DNA of 31,957 nucleotides from an uncultured virus (IMG/VR IMGVR_UViG_3300031951_021468). Lineage: Duplodnaviria > Heunggongvirae > Uroviricota > Caudoviricetes. The stretch lies in the IMG/VR virus record IMGVR_UViG_3300031951_021468; one strand, 5' to 3'. Under the pieces are notes generated by a model, which worked only from the letters and a program-made list of their open reading frames with translations, ran no database searches and was not told where the DNA came from. This document shows positions 14,934 to 24,585 of this stretch, in pieces; position 1 is the first letter of the stretch, and every line of letters starts with the position of its first letter. The position numbers and the translations under genes were made by a program.

Positions 14934-17909
14934 ATGTCAATTGCTCACACATGGGTGGAATATGAAAACACTTCTCCTTTCTCGATTACCGAGAAGGATT
15001 TGCCGCTAATAGACTTCGGCATTCTTCAGCCAAATGTTTGGAGCACAAAAAGAGTTATTGGGCTTAGATGGCTTGGAGGAAGTGTTCAAAATATCAAGTT
15101 TTGGATGGATGGTTCATTGGCCGACATATACAAGGACTCTTTATTGCCCGAGCCTGATTTAAGAGTCGATTTGAATGCCAGGGGTTATAAATTTAGATAT
15201 ACTCTTCTAAATCAAACAGGTACAAATGTGCTCGCAACATGTCGTGCTGCTACTAACTCTAATATTACTGGCTATTCTAGCGGCGAGTTTGCTACTGCAC
15301 CAGATAATTATGATGGTATAACATTAAATGTCGGGGAAAGACTGCTTGTTAAAAATCAAACATCAAAATTAGAAAATGGTATTTATAGTGTTGCTGAGGC
15401 AACATTGGGGGCTATTAATCTTTTAAATCGATCATCAGACTGTCAGGCAATTTATCGCGGGGGAGTCGTAAATGTTACTGCGGGGACAGCTGGGGCTAAT
15501 AAAAGTTATTTTATGTATGCTGCGGCTGGAACCAGCGCAATAGGGACTCTTGACATTAAGTGGGTTGACAGGACCACCAGGACTGCTCATGCCAATTGTC
15601 AGGTTGCGACGACTGGCAATATCAATACCGCTGCTGCACCAGCAATAATTGATGGGCGAACTTTGCAAGTTAGTGACAGAATATTAGTGCGTGCGCAAAC
15701 TAATAAAATTCAAAATGGTATTTACAGCGTCACGGCGCTTTATCCCGCTAATAGTAAAACATTTAGAAGAGACACTCGGTTTATTTCCAATGCGCTAAAT
15801 ATAGGGCAATCTGCATTTGCTCTGGCAACGGCTGGGACAACGAACAGGGGTAAGCTCTATTGCTGTAGACCAACAACAAACCCTCCATATATTGCGGGAA
15901 GTGCGGTGTTTCAGTGGGTGGATGTAACACATCATTATGGCAATACTACAGTAAGGATTCATACCACCGCTAATATTGCCAACCTGAACGGAGGAGCGCC
16001 GCTGGTTGTCAATGGCGTTACACTAGTAAATAGTGATAGAGTATTGGTGGCAAGCCAAACTGACACTAAAACTAATGGTATTTATACTGTTACATCTGCG
16101 GGAACTGGATCGAATGGTGTTTGGGATCGTGCCAGTGATTTTAACACAACGGCAGAAATTGTGCCGATAATTGTGGTAATGACCGAATCTGTCAATAGTC
16201 TTGGTAGAAATTGGTTCCATATGTATCCCTCTACCCAATATCAAGAAGATTTTGTTATTAATGTTAGCGGCATTACGGTAAATAATCAACCATCAACAAG
16301 TGCATCATGGTATTTGGCCTGCAACAATATGACAAATGCAAATATTTCTAATTTTGGGGCAGTCTCAACGAGTGCATTTGTAACAACATCTCCAGCAATA
16401 GGCCAGCGTGTTTTAGTGCGTGGCCAAACTGCAGCGGCGGAAAATGGTATTTATACTATTACTGGAACATCGGGGCCAAATTGGGTAATGTCACGGGCAA
16501 GCGATTTAAACTCTTCGGGAGAAATTAAAGCATTTGCATCAGTTTTTCTTATCAATGGATCATCTGGGTCAACATACTGGCTAAGCGTCCCGCCTGGCCC
16601 ATATACACTTGGAACAACAGCGCTTACTTTCCCCGAACGGCCAGCCAGCAGCGCTTTATTCGTAACCCAAGCTGTCGGAACATCAAACATAAGCACTCTG
16701 GCGGGAGGCGCACCCGACAGCCTTGATGGCGTTACTCTAGTTGGCGGAGGAATTGTGCCCGTATTACTTACAGGACAAACTACAACAACAGAAAATATGT
16801 TGTATCTTGTTGATAATGCAGCAGCCGCTCCTGTTTTGGTACGAGACCCTGCATTTCTAATAGAGCCTGGGGAAGTCACAACTCTTACAGGACAATCTTT
16901 GGGCAATAATCAAGTTTGGGAAACTTATTTTGATCCTGCGGCCACAGTAATTGGCACTGACGAAGTCGAATTTATTAAGGTCAACTCAAGGACGAATTTT
17001 TCAGCGACTGCTACATCATCAACATCAAATATAGATATTGCACTTGCTGCGCCATCAACAATTGATGGAGTAACCTTGGGCGTCAACTCAAGAGTGTTGC
17101 TTAAGGACCAAACAGATAAAAAACAAAACGGAATCTACATAGTAACGCCCCAAAGAACACTTCGGCTTGTAAGATCATCGGATATGAATGATGATACTGA
17201 TTTAAATCCCCTGTCAAGAACTCAAGTTACTCAGGGAGTTTCATTTGGAAACACTTGGTGGGGTATTTATTTGGATGATCCCACACCTGTTATGGGAACG
17301 GATAATATTCGATGGGTAAGTCAACCCCAGGACGTAAGACTTATTCCAGCGAGAGTTGCAACCACTACGAACATTTCTAATCTAGCGAGTGGTGCACCAA
17401 AGGTAGTAGACGGAATAACTTTAAAAAATGGTGATCGCGTATTGGTCAAAAACCAATCAACACAAAGTCAGAACGGTGTTTACCAAGTCAATAGCGTTGG
17501 GACTGGATCAAATGGAAATTGGCTAAGAGCCTCTGACTTGTCTAGTGATTCGCAACTTGTTCCTCAGCTTGGAATATACGTTGAAGAAGGAACCACCAAT
17601 GGACAAGATGATTTCGTAATTAGTTTACCAGTTCCCGCAGACACACCCCCTGCTTATGTTTTGGGCACCACAAATATACAATGGGTTGTTCAATCAGCGC
17701 TAACAATCTTTAACCAATCGCCTAACACGTGGAATACAACGCCGTTTTCCATAGACCAAGCTGTTTCAATAGGCAGCGCCAATATTGGCGCTAATAACGA
17801 AGCATATAGTATAAAATTTGCTGTTGCTGTTCAGGCACCAAACGGAGAGGCTGATGGTGAAGTACGCAGAATGAGATTTTTAGCACAATACGAAACAGTT
17901 GATGAATAA
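14934..17909 (+). CDS. Large virion fibre/decoration-type protein with 7 tandem ~120-aa repeats
   Basis: Seven copies of (D/N)GxTLxxGxRxLVxxQTxxxxNGIY, a repeat I recognise from phage structural/fibre proteins; T/G/A/N-rich. Confidence 0.8.
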   Translation: MSIAHTWVEYENTSPFSITEKDLPLIDFGILQPNVWSTKRVIGLRWLGGSVQNIKFWMDGSLADIYKDSLLPEPDLRVDLNARGYKFRYTLLNQTGTNVLATCRAATNSNITGYSSGEFATAPDNYDGITLNVGERLLVKNQTSKLENGIYSVAEATLGAINLLNRSSDCQAIYRGGVVNVTAGTAGANKSYFMYAAAGTSAIGTLDIKWVDRTTRTAHANCQVATTGNINTAAAPAIIDGRTLQVSDRILVRAQTNKIQNGIYSVTALYPANSKTFRRDTRFISNALNIGQSAFALATAGTTNRGKLYCCRPTTNPPYIAGSAVFQWVDVTHHYGNTTVRIHTTANIANLNGGAPLVVNGVTLVNSDRVLVASQTDTKTNGIYTVTSAGTGSNGVWDRASDFNTTAEIVPIIVVMTESVNSLGRNWFHMYPSTQYQEDFVINVSGITVNNQPSTSASWYLACNNMTNANISNFGAVSTSAFVTTSPAIGQRVLVRGQTAAAENGIYTITGTSGPNWVMSRASDLNSSGEIKAFASVFLINGSSGSTYWLSVPPGPYTLGTTALTFPERPASSALFVTQAVGTSNISTLAGGAPDSLDGVTLVGGGIVPVLLTGQTTTTENMLYLVDNAAAAPVLVRDPAFLIEPGEVTTLTGQSLGNNQVWETYFDPAATVIGTDEVEFIKVNSRTNFSATATSSTSNIDIALAAPSTIDGVTLGVNSRVLLKDQTDKKQNGIYIVTPQRTLRLVRSSDMNDDTDLNPLSRTQVTQGVSFGNTWWGIYLDDPTPVMGTDNIRWVSQPQDVRLIPARVATTTNISNLASGAPKVVDGITLKNGDRVLVKNQSTQSQNGVYQVNSVGTGSNGNWLRASDLSSDSQLVPQLGIYVEEGTTNGQDDFVISLPVPADTPPAYVLGTTNIQWVVQSALTIFNQSPNTWNTTPFSIDQAVSIGSANIGANNEAYSIKFAVAVQAPNGEADGEVRRMRFLAQYETVDE

Positions 17910-18349
17910 TGTTTAAGCACCCTAGACATATCTATAATATCTGCGGACAAATATCAAGCCTCCCAGTTTTTTGGGAGGCTGTTGTAGGTGGTAAAGTCAT
18001 AAAACAGATCGGTGGCGATGGTATGGTTTGCAGAAAGCGCAGCTCGCTTCCACTTGAAGAAATTGAGTATTGGGGTATAGTTTGCGAACATGGAAAGTGC
18101 GGGTTTGACATAAAACAGCAAAATCTGGATTGTTTTGGCAAATTAATACCTGTTGATATTGACAAAAATATTGACAAACTTGATTACAAAAGAAGCATTA
18201 TTGTTGATTCCGACGGCAATGAACAGACCGCATGGGTTGAAATTGGAATTGACAACAAGTGCCTAAAGGTCATTTTTTTGCCAAAATTTGAAGTAAATTT
18301 AATAAACTTTCAAGATAAGTTGCAATACATAAAGGAAGTATCTAATTAA
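17909..18349 (+). CDS. Hypothetical protein
   Basis: 146 aa ORF, TAATG overlap with the fibre gene. Confidence 0.7.
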   Translation: MFKHPRHIYNICGQISSLPVFWEAVVGGKVIKQIGGDGMVCRKRSSLPLEEIEYWGIVCEHGKCGFDIKQQNLDCFGKLIPVDIDKNIDKLDYKRSIIVDSDGNEQTAWVEIGIDNKCLKVIFLPKFEVNLINFQDKLQYIKEVSN

Positions 18350-18358
18350 TTACGGAAA
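18332..18358 (+). promoter_or_regulatory. Sigma-H-like promoter AAGGA-N18-GAAA
   Basis: Exact spacing, upstream of ATG 18445; a second copy with 1-nt shorter spacing at 18389-18415. Confidence 0.55.
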
Positions 18359-18444
18359 AATTATTTGAGACATAAGTCAATGTTCCGACAGGTAAATGTA
18401 CCAGAGGGCAGAAATAGCACTCTAAGGAGATAGACAGAACAGAA

Positions 18445-18939
18445 ATGCGCCACATTGAACAAGAGCTGCACCAGATGCTTGAAGAAATAGTGCCTAATTC
18501 TTCTATGGAAGAACAGGCACGAATAATTGCTGAGGCAACAGCATTTTTCAAGGCCGCAGAAAAAAGTAAAAACAAGACAAAAACTGCTAGTCAGTGTGTT
18601 CGTGAATCAATGATGGCTGATGCCTTACTTAAAGCCATTGGAACTCTGGACGATTGGAATCAAGACCATAATGATAATTATGGGGCAGATTTTGTGGACG
18701 GAAGAGGGCTTGACCACAGAGCTATCATTTCGCAAGCATCTGGCATCGCCAACAGAACTGCAAAATCAGATTTGTGGGGCGACATGGATATTTTAAACGA
18801 AGATTTAGAAGAATTTCTATCTCGCGAAGACGAAGATGAAGAGGGCTACGAAATAGAAGACGGCCACGATGAACATACATCTGAGGTCTTTTTCTCTCCA
18901 GGCCGCGGTCGTCATCGAAGTGATTCGTTATCTCGATAA
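18445..18939 (+). CDS. Acidic hypothetical protein
   Basis: 164 aa ORF with TAAGGAG SD; contains KTAS and RTAK motifs. Confidence 0.7.
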   Translation: MRHIEQELHQMLEEIVPNSSMEEQARIIAEATAFFKAAEKSKNKTKTASQCVRESMMADALLKAIGTLDDWNQDHNDNYGADFVDGRGLDHRAIISQASGIANRTAKSDLWGDMDILNEDLEEFLSREDEDEEGYEIEDGHDEHTSEVFFSPGRGRHRSDSLSR

Positions 18940-18954
18940 CAGGAGTGGTATTTA

Positions 18955-19641
18955 GTGGGCAAATTTGTACGCAAGGCTCAAATGCCTCCGATGGACATGG
19001 GAGGGCCAGATATGGACATGGACCTTGGCTCACTAGGTGCTGCACCACCAGCTCCAATGGGTATGCCGCCACTTGGAGGCCCGCCGATGGGAGGTATGCC
19101 TACTATGCCAGCAGCTGCCCCTGGAGCGCCCACTGATCCCGAAAGAGAAGAAATTGGGTCACCCCTTGACACGCTGGGGAAAATTTTATATGATGTCGAT
19201 GCCCCTACATTAATTATGCAAATGGCAGGAACTGATTCCGAGGATATCGCATCCCACATATGGGAGCTTTATGGAGGAAATAATAAAGGCGGAGTAGACA
19301 AATCAAAAATAGGAGCAAGAGAGCCCAAAAGCGATGTTGATCCCAAGGTCGAAAAAGCTGAGCAAAAAGCCACGGAAGAATCTAGATGGCTGAGATTGCC
19401 AAAAGGCAAGAGAATTAATGAAATCACAACACTTGAAGAACTTAATTCCGTAATAAAAGGGCTGGTATTAAACACAGTTAAAAATGAATCCAAAAAAGGC
19501 CAAGCCCCTGGCGGTATGCCAGGAATGCCAATGGCTAACGCAGCATATGAGCTGATACGTCTTGCCCAAGATTTGGATCGAGACAAACTATATTCTGCAT
19601 CTGATCAAATATATTTATATGCGCTTAAAATTTTAAAATAA
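18955..19641 (+). CDS. Pro/Gly/Met-rich protein with VRKAQ leader and C-terminal helical tag
   Basis: GTG start after AGGAG; MGKFVRKAQ; C-terminal LIRLAQDLDRDKLYSASDQI. Confidence 0.7.
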   Translation: MGKFVRKAQMPPMDMGGPDMDMDLGSLGAAPPAPMGMPPLGGPPMGGMPTMPAAAPGAPTDPEREEIGSPLDTLGKILYDVDAPTLIMQMAGTDSEDIASHIWELYGGNNKGGVDKSKIGAREPKSDVDPKVEKAEQKATEESRWLRLPKGKRINEITTLEELNSVIKGLVLNTVKNESKKGQAPGGMPGMPMANAAYELIRLAQDLDRDKLYSASDQIYLYALKILK

Positions 19642-19664
19642 TTTTTTTAGGTACCCCCTACATC

Positions 19665-19698
19665 AAAAGCCAGCAATTTTAAAATTGCTGGCTTTTTT
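19665..19698. terminator. Bidirectional intrinsic terminator
   Basis: Perfect 32-bp palindrome AAAAGCCAGCAATTTT|AAAATTGCTGGCTTTT with T tracts on both strands. Confidence 0.85.
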
Positions 19699-19708
19699 GT
19701 GCCAAAAA

Positions 19709-19821
19709 CAGGATTTTGCACTAATAAGATAGTATTGAAAGAGTGGAATTAACAATTCCAATTGATTTTTGAAGAAAGTCAAGCTCTGAAATATAGTCGT
19801 TAAAGCAGTGATATAATCACT
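19709..19821 (+). promoter_or_regulatory. gyrB upstream control region
   Basis: CAGGA-N18-GTAT variant motif (19709-19735); dyad TGGAATT-aac-AATTCCA (19744-19760); extended -10 TGaTATAAT (19809-19817) inside the dyad AGTGAT-ata-ATCACT. Confidence 0.5.
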
Positions 19822-19853
19822 CACACATTTAAAGACAAACACTTAGGTGAGCA

Positions 19854-22025
19854 ATGAAAAAACAAATAAATAATTACGACGATACGTCAATTACGATGCT
19901 CAAAGGGGCAGAAGCTGTCCGCACAAGACCAGCGATGTATATTGGCGACACAGGCAATAAGGGCCTGCATCACTTAGTCTGGGAAACCCTTGACAACTCT
20001 GTAGATGAATCCATGGCTGGATTTTGCAGCCAGATCAATGTTACCGTTGCTGAAGATGGATGCACGATCACTATTGAGGACGACGGAAGAGGCATTCCTG
20101 TTACCCCGAAGCAAGACGATCCTAAAAAGCGATCTGCTCTTGAAATTGTATTTACAGAATTGCATGCTGGCGGTAAATTTGACAGCGCTGTATATGATAA
20201 ATCAGGCGGTTTGCACGGTGTTGGCGCATCATGTGTTAACTTTCTTTCAAGCACGTTAGTGGCCAAGGTTTGGCGAGATGGTGGCGCACATGAGATTAGC
20301 TTTGAGCGTGGCGTGCCTACAAGTGCATGTGAGCGAGTAGGAGATTCAAGAAAGAGAGGAACTTCAGTTACTTTTTGCCCCGATTACAACATGTTCGGGC
20401 AAGTTAACATTGAAGATATGTTTTCGACCGTCCTCGGAGAAGATTATATTCCCGATGAAGAAATGTCTGATGCTGTGATGGCATGGAGAAAAGCTCTCAT
20501 TTCTGGCAAAGTTGACGAAAGCATTTTTGTTAATGTTTTTAGTCATTTGGCAAAATCTGTTACAAATGAAGATGTTCTTAAACAGGTTTATAGCAAGTGG
20601 CTGAGCCAGTCTTTGCGGAACATCAGGTTTGACGACGAGGTTATGATCCGCAGATTTAGAGAAACTGCGTTTTTGAATGGTGGATTAAAGATTGTTTACG
20701 AAAATAAACGAACAGGAAGAAAGGAAACTTTTCTTTATGAAGGTGGTATTTCAGATTACGTAGAGTATCTTTCATCTGCAAAAACAAATCACTATCCAGT
20801 CAAGCCTATATATTTTGATACCAAGAGCGGCAGAGTTTCACTTCAAGTTGCCATTCAGTTCACTGAAGAAGATGAAGAAACCATTTTAACTTTTGCCAAT
20901 AATATCAATACGGCTGACGGAGGAACACATTTAGCTGGATTTAAGACAGCCATCACAAGAGTCGTGAATCAATTTGGCCGAAGCACTGGCATTCTTAAGG
21001 AAAAAGACAGCAACCTTGCTGGCGATGACATTAGAGAAGGAATGACATCGGTTGTAAGTGTTCGGCTTCCACAACCTCAATTTGAGGGCCAAACAAAGAG
21101 TAAGCTTGGATCACCAGAAATTGAAGGTGTTGTGGCCAGACTTGTTGGAGAATCTTTAACTGAATACTTTGAAAAGAACCCTGCAATTGTTAAGCTGATC
21201 GTTGAAAGGGCTCTTGTTGCACAAAAGGCACGAGAGGCGGCTAAGAAACAAAGCGAATTAATTAAGAGAAAGTCATTATTTGGCCGATCTAATAGACTGC
21301 CTGGGAAATTAAAAGACTGTGACTCTGAGAACAGGGACGAAACCGAGTTGTTCATTGTAGAAGGTGATTCAGCCGCGGGGCCAGCTAAAGATGGCAGAGA
21401 CCCACGGGCTCAAGCCATTCTTCCTATTCGCGGTAAGATTATTAATGCTGAAAAGCACGATTTGGTCAATTTGCTTAAGAATACCGAAATTCAAGCTCTT
21501 ATTTCAGCTATTGGGGCTGGTGTTACAGTTAAAACAAATGAGGGCGAAGATGATTTCAATCTTGAGAACAGGCGATATAATAAAGTCATTCTTATGACTG
21601 ACGCTGATGTAGATGGGTCTCATATCGCTACACTTCTTCTGACTTTCCTCTATAGATTTATGCGCCCGCTCGTAACAGAAGGGCATGTGTATTTGGCCCA
21701 GCCGCCGCTATATAAAGTGGATAATGGCAAGCAAAAGATTTATTGCTGGTCTATGGACGAAAGAAATGAGGCTATACAACAACTTGGTCCTAGATCAAAA
21801 ATAACCAGATTTAAAGGTCTTGGAGAAATGAATGCTGAGGAGTTGGCGGAAACAACAATGGATAAAGAATCACGGAGGCTCATTAGGGTCAATGTTCCTA
21901 ATACTGGAGACGCAGACTTGATGCTATCTGTTCTCATGGGCAGAAATATTGCCGCCAGAAAGGCACATATTGTGAAAGAAAGCCAACAAAGAACTGACAA
22001 AATGCTTGAGGAAAGCAACGTTTAA
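19854..22025 (+). CDS. gyrB: DNA gyrase subunit B
   Basis: VRTRPAMYIG, ETLDNSVDE, DDGRGIP, LHAGGKF, GGLHGVGASCVN, FEGQTK, IVEGDSA, PIRGK, MTDADVDGSHI, RFKGLGEM. Confidence 0.97.
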   Translation: MKKQINNYDDTSITMLKGAEAVRTRPAMYIGDTGNKGLHHLVWETLDNSVDESMAGFCSQINVTVAEDGCTITIEDDGRGIPVTPKQDDPKKRSALEIVFTELHAGGKFDSAVYDKSGGLHGVGASCVNFLSSTLVAKVWRDGGAHEISFERGVPTSACERVGDSRKRGTSVTFCPDYNMFGQVNIEDMFSTVLGEDYIPDEEMSDAVMAWRKALISGKVDESIFVNVFSHLAKSVTNEDVLKQVYSKWLSQSLRNIRFDDEVMIRRFRETAFLNGGLKIVYENKRTGRKETFLYEGGISDYVEYLSSAKTNHYPVKPIYFDTKSGRVSLQVAIQFTEEDEETILTFANNINTADGGTHLAGFKTAITRVVNQFGRSTGILKEKDSNLAGDDIREGMTSVVSVRLPQPQFEGQTKSKLGSPEIEGVVARLVGESLTEYFEKNPAIVKLIVERALVAQKAREAAKKQSELIKRKSLFGRSNRLPGKLKDCDSENRDETELFIVEGDSAAGPAKDGRDPRAQAILPIRGKIINAEKHDLVNLLKNTEIQALISAIGAGVTVKTNEGEDDFNLENRRYNKVILMTDADVDGSHIATLLLTFLYRFMRPLVTEGHVYLAQPPLYKVDNGKQKIYCWSMDERNEAIQQLGPRSKITRFKGLGEMNAEELAETTMDKESRRLIRVNVPNTGDADLMLSVLMGRNIAARKAHIVKESQQRTDKMLEESNV

Positions 22026-22043
22026 AACAAAAAGAGAAAAACA

Positions 22044-24584
22044 ATGAGAAAGTCAAAGTCAAAGAACGAAGACGTAAATATTAAATCAATCATCGAGCAT
22101 ATTTCTGATGAAGAAATTACACATTTGCTTAATGAAAATTACATGCGCTATACCTTTTCGGTTATGGAAGATCGAGCGTTACCTGACGCAAGAGATGGTC
22201 TTAAGCCATCGCAAAGACGTATTTTACTGGCCATGAATGATCTTCACTTAAGCCCTAATAGCGCTTTTGAAAAGGTAAGTAAAATTTCTGGGCAAACAAT
22301 GGGGGATTATCACCCTCATGGCGACGTCGTTATCACTCCCACGCTTGTAAGAATGGGTCAAGATTGGATCATGAGATACCCACTCGTTGCCAAGCAAGGG
22401 AACTATGGGAATATTGACGGTGACCCGCCTGCAGCTGCTCGATATATTGAAGGAAAACTAACAAAAGCTGGGGCGGCGATTTTAGCCGATCTTTCACCAG
22501 ATGTCGTTAAATACATCCCGAACTATAATGATAAACTCAAGGAACCCACGGTACTTCCGTCTCTGTTGCCCAACCTTCTTGTTAATGGTGGAGCAGGCAT
22601 TGCCGTGGGCGTCGCCACAAGATTAGCACCCCATAATTTAAGAGAAGTCGTTCAACTCATTAAGGCATACATTGAAAATCCAAACATGACTGTTGATGAC
22701 GCGATGAAGATCATGCCTGGCCCTGATTTTCCCACAGGTGGTGTAATTAGGGGTAATTCTGGTATTAGAAATTACTACGAAACTGGTCGTGGCTCAGTTC
22801 AAATTGAAGGCGTTTATGAAATCATAGATGAAGGCAAGGGCGGACAATACATCAAGATCACTGGCGTTCCTTATGGGGTGTCCCCAGAAAGATTGGCTGA
22901 ACAAATTGCCAATCTGGTGAAAGAAAAGAAAATTGAAGGGATTTCAGACTTGAAAGACTTGGGATATCTGAATCGCCAGACAAAGGAAAGAGTAATTGAT
23001 GTTAGAGTTTGGATTCAGAGAGGCGGCAATGCTCAGTTGATTTTGAACCAACTTTTAAAGTCAACAAATCTTCGGACTTCTTATGATGTTAATCAAACTG
23101 TTCTGATCGGCGGAGAAGTAAAGGAAAATGTTCCAATCCTAGAACTCGTAAGAGTGTTTGTCGAACACAGAAGAGAGGTTCTTTTTAACAAATTTACTGC
23201 CGAAAAATCAAGCAATGAAGCCAGAGTCCATATTCTGGATGGTCTCTTAAAAGTCGCCATGGACATCGATAAGGCCATAGCACTTATCAGAGGTTCCAAT
23301 GATGCTGAGGAGGCCATTAATGCGTTGATTACAAACAATTTGGTAGACACTCAAATTCAAGCAGAAGCCGTGCTTAAAATTACGCTTCGCCAATTAACCA
23401 AACTTGAGTCTTCGGCATTGGAAACGGAAAGACAAAAGCTTTCTGAAAGAAATGAATGGCTAACTAAGGTTCTCGGAAGTAACAAGAAACTTCTTGAACT
23501 TGTTTCCAAAGAACAAGACGAACTCGCAAAGCAAATTGGCGATGATCGCAGAACCGAAATTGGGCATGACTCTGACGACATCACTGCAGAAGACCTTATC
23601 CCCGAAGAACAAATTGTAGTTACACTTACAAAAGATGGCTACATCAAGCGTGTTCCAATGAATACCTTTAGAGTTCAAAACAAGGGGGGCAAAGGAGTTG
23701 TTGGTGTTAAAGGTCGGTCAGAAGACGAGGCATCTGACCTTTTTGTAGGCTCTACTCATGATCTATTCCTGTTTTTCACAAACAAGGGTCTTATGTACAA
23801 AAAGAAGGGCTACCAAATCCCCGCCGCCGCAAGAACTGGCAAGGGAACTCACCTAGCAAATCTGCTGGCTCTCTCTGCTGATGAACGAGTTACGAGCACA
23901 ATATCACTCAAGACCCTCGACACGGATGGATTTTTCTTGATGGCTACCAAAAATGGCCTTATTAAGAGAACCGAAATTCGAGATTATAATTCAAGTCTTA
24001 AACAAAGAGGACTACAAGCTATGAAATTGAATGAAGGAGATGAAGTGGCATTCGTGCAAGTTTCTGACGGATCAAGAGACATCTGCATCATTACTGCGAA
24101 TGGCATGGCCGTGAGATATCCAGAGTCGAACGTCCGAGTGGTAAGTCGAGTTTCACTTGGGGTTAAGGCTATGAACATCGCCGATAATGATGTCATCGTT
24201 TCTATGATTACGCTTGATAAGACGGAAAATCCTGATATTCTTGTGATCACCGAAAATGGATATGGAAAGCGAAGCCCAGCGTCGAAATACCGATGTCTTC
24301 AGGGCAGATATGCCAAGGGTGCGAGAACAATTGATCAAGTGAAGCGCGACCGAAATGGATTGATTGTTGCAGCGCTTGTTGTGAACGAAGAGGATCGTAT
24401 TCTGATTCTAACAACGAAGGGCAAAATGATTCAAATCGCCGTCGAAGACATCACGTCTAAGGGAAGAGTCACAATGGGGAACATCATCGTGAAGCTTGAC
24501 GCAGGAGACATGGTTCAGACTGTGGTCAAGGTAGATGCGGATGACATCGAAGAAGATGAAAATTACGACGAAACATCTGAATAA
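22044..24584 (+). CDS. gyrA: DNA gyrase subunit A
   Basis: [26 protein letters not shown] (catalytic Tyr), GPDFPTGG, GyrA-box QNKGGKG, beta-pinwheel repeats, acidic tail. Confidence 0.96.
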   Translation: MRKSKSKNEDVNIKSIIEHISDEEITHLLNENYMRYTFSVMEDRALPDARDGLKPSQRRILLAMNDLHLSPNSAFEKVSKISGQTMGDYHPHGDVVITPTLVRMGQDWIMRYPLVAKQGNYGNIDGDPPAAARYIEGKLTKAGAAILADLSPDVVKYIPNYNDKLKEPTVLPSLLPNLLVNGGAGIAVGVATRLAPHNLREVVQLIKAYIENPNMTVDDAMKIMPGPDFPTGGVIRGNSGIRNYYETGRGSVQIEGVYEIIDEGKGGQYIKITGVPYGVSPERLAEQIANLVKEKKIEGISDLKDLGYLNRQTKERVIDVRVWIQRGGNAQLILNQLLKSTNLRTSYDVNQTVLIGGEVKENVPILELVRVFVEHRREVLFNKFTAEKSSNEARVHILDGLLKVAMDIDKAIALIRGSNDAEEAINALITNNLVDTQIQAEAVLKITLRQLTKLESSALETERQKLSERNEWLTKVLGSNKKLLELVSKEQDELAKQIGDDRRTEIGHDSDDITAEDLIPEEQIVVTLTKDGYIKRVPMNTFRVQNKGGKGVVGVKGRSEDEASDLFVGSTHDLFLFFTNKGLMYKKKGYQIPAAARTGKGTHLANLLALSADERVTSTISLKTLDTDGFFLMATKNGLIKRTEIRDYNSSLKQRGLQAMKLNEGDEVAFVQVSDGSRDICIITANGMAVRYPESNVRVVSRVSLGVKAMNIADNDVIVSMITLDKTENPDILVITENGYGKRSPASKYRCLQGRYAKGARTIDQVKRDRNGLIVAALVVNEEDRILILTTKGKMIQIAVEDITSKGRVTMGNIIVKLDAGDMVQTVVKVDADDIEEDENYDETSE

Positions 24585-24585
24585 T

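Noticed and set aside
14919..14945. AGG-N19-GAAW promoter for the 991-aa fibre gene
   Set aside because: TAGG is present but there is no GAAW at the required spacing; not counted as a motif copy.
18975..19135. Locally GC-rich repetitive stretch suggesting foreign DNA
   Set aside because: Explained by Pro/Gly/Met low-complexity coding in 18955-19641.
20397..20618. Intein in GyrB
   Set aside because: No N-terminal Cys/Ser block, no His-Asn end, and too short; treated as a plain insertion.
19854..24584. Bacterial chromosome origin region
   Set aside because: No dnaA, dnaN or recF; flanking genes are orphans and virion-type proteins.
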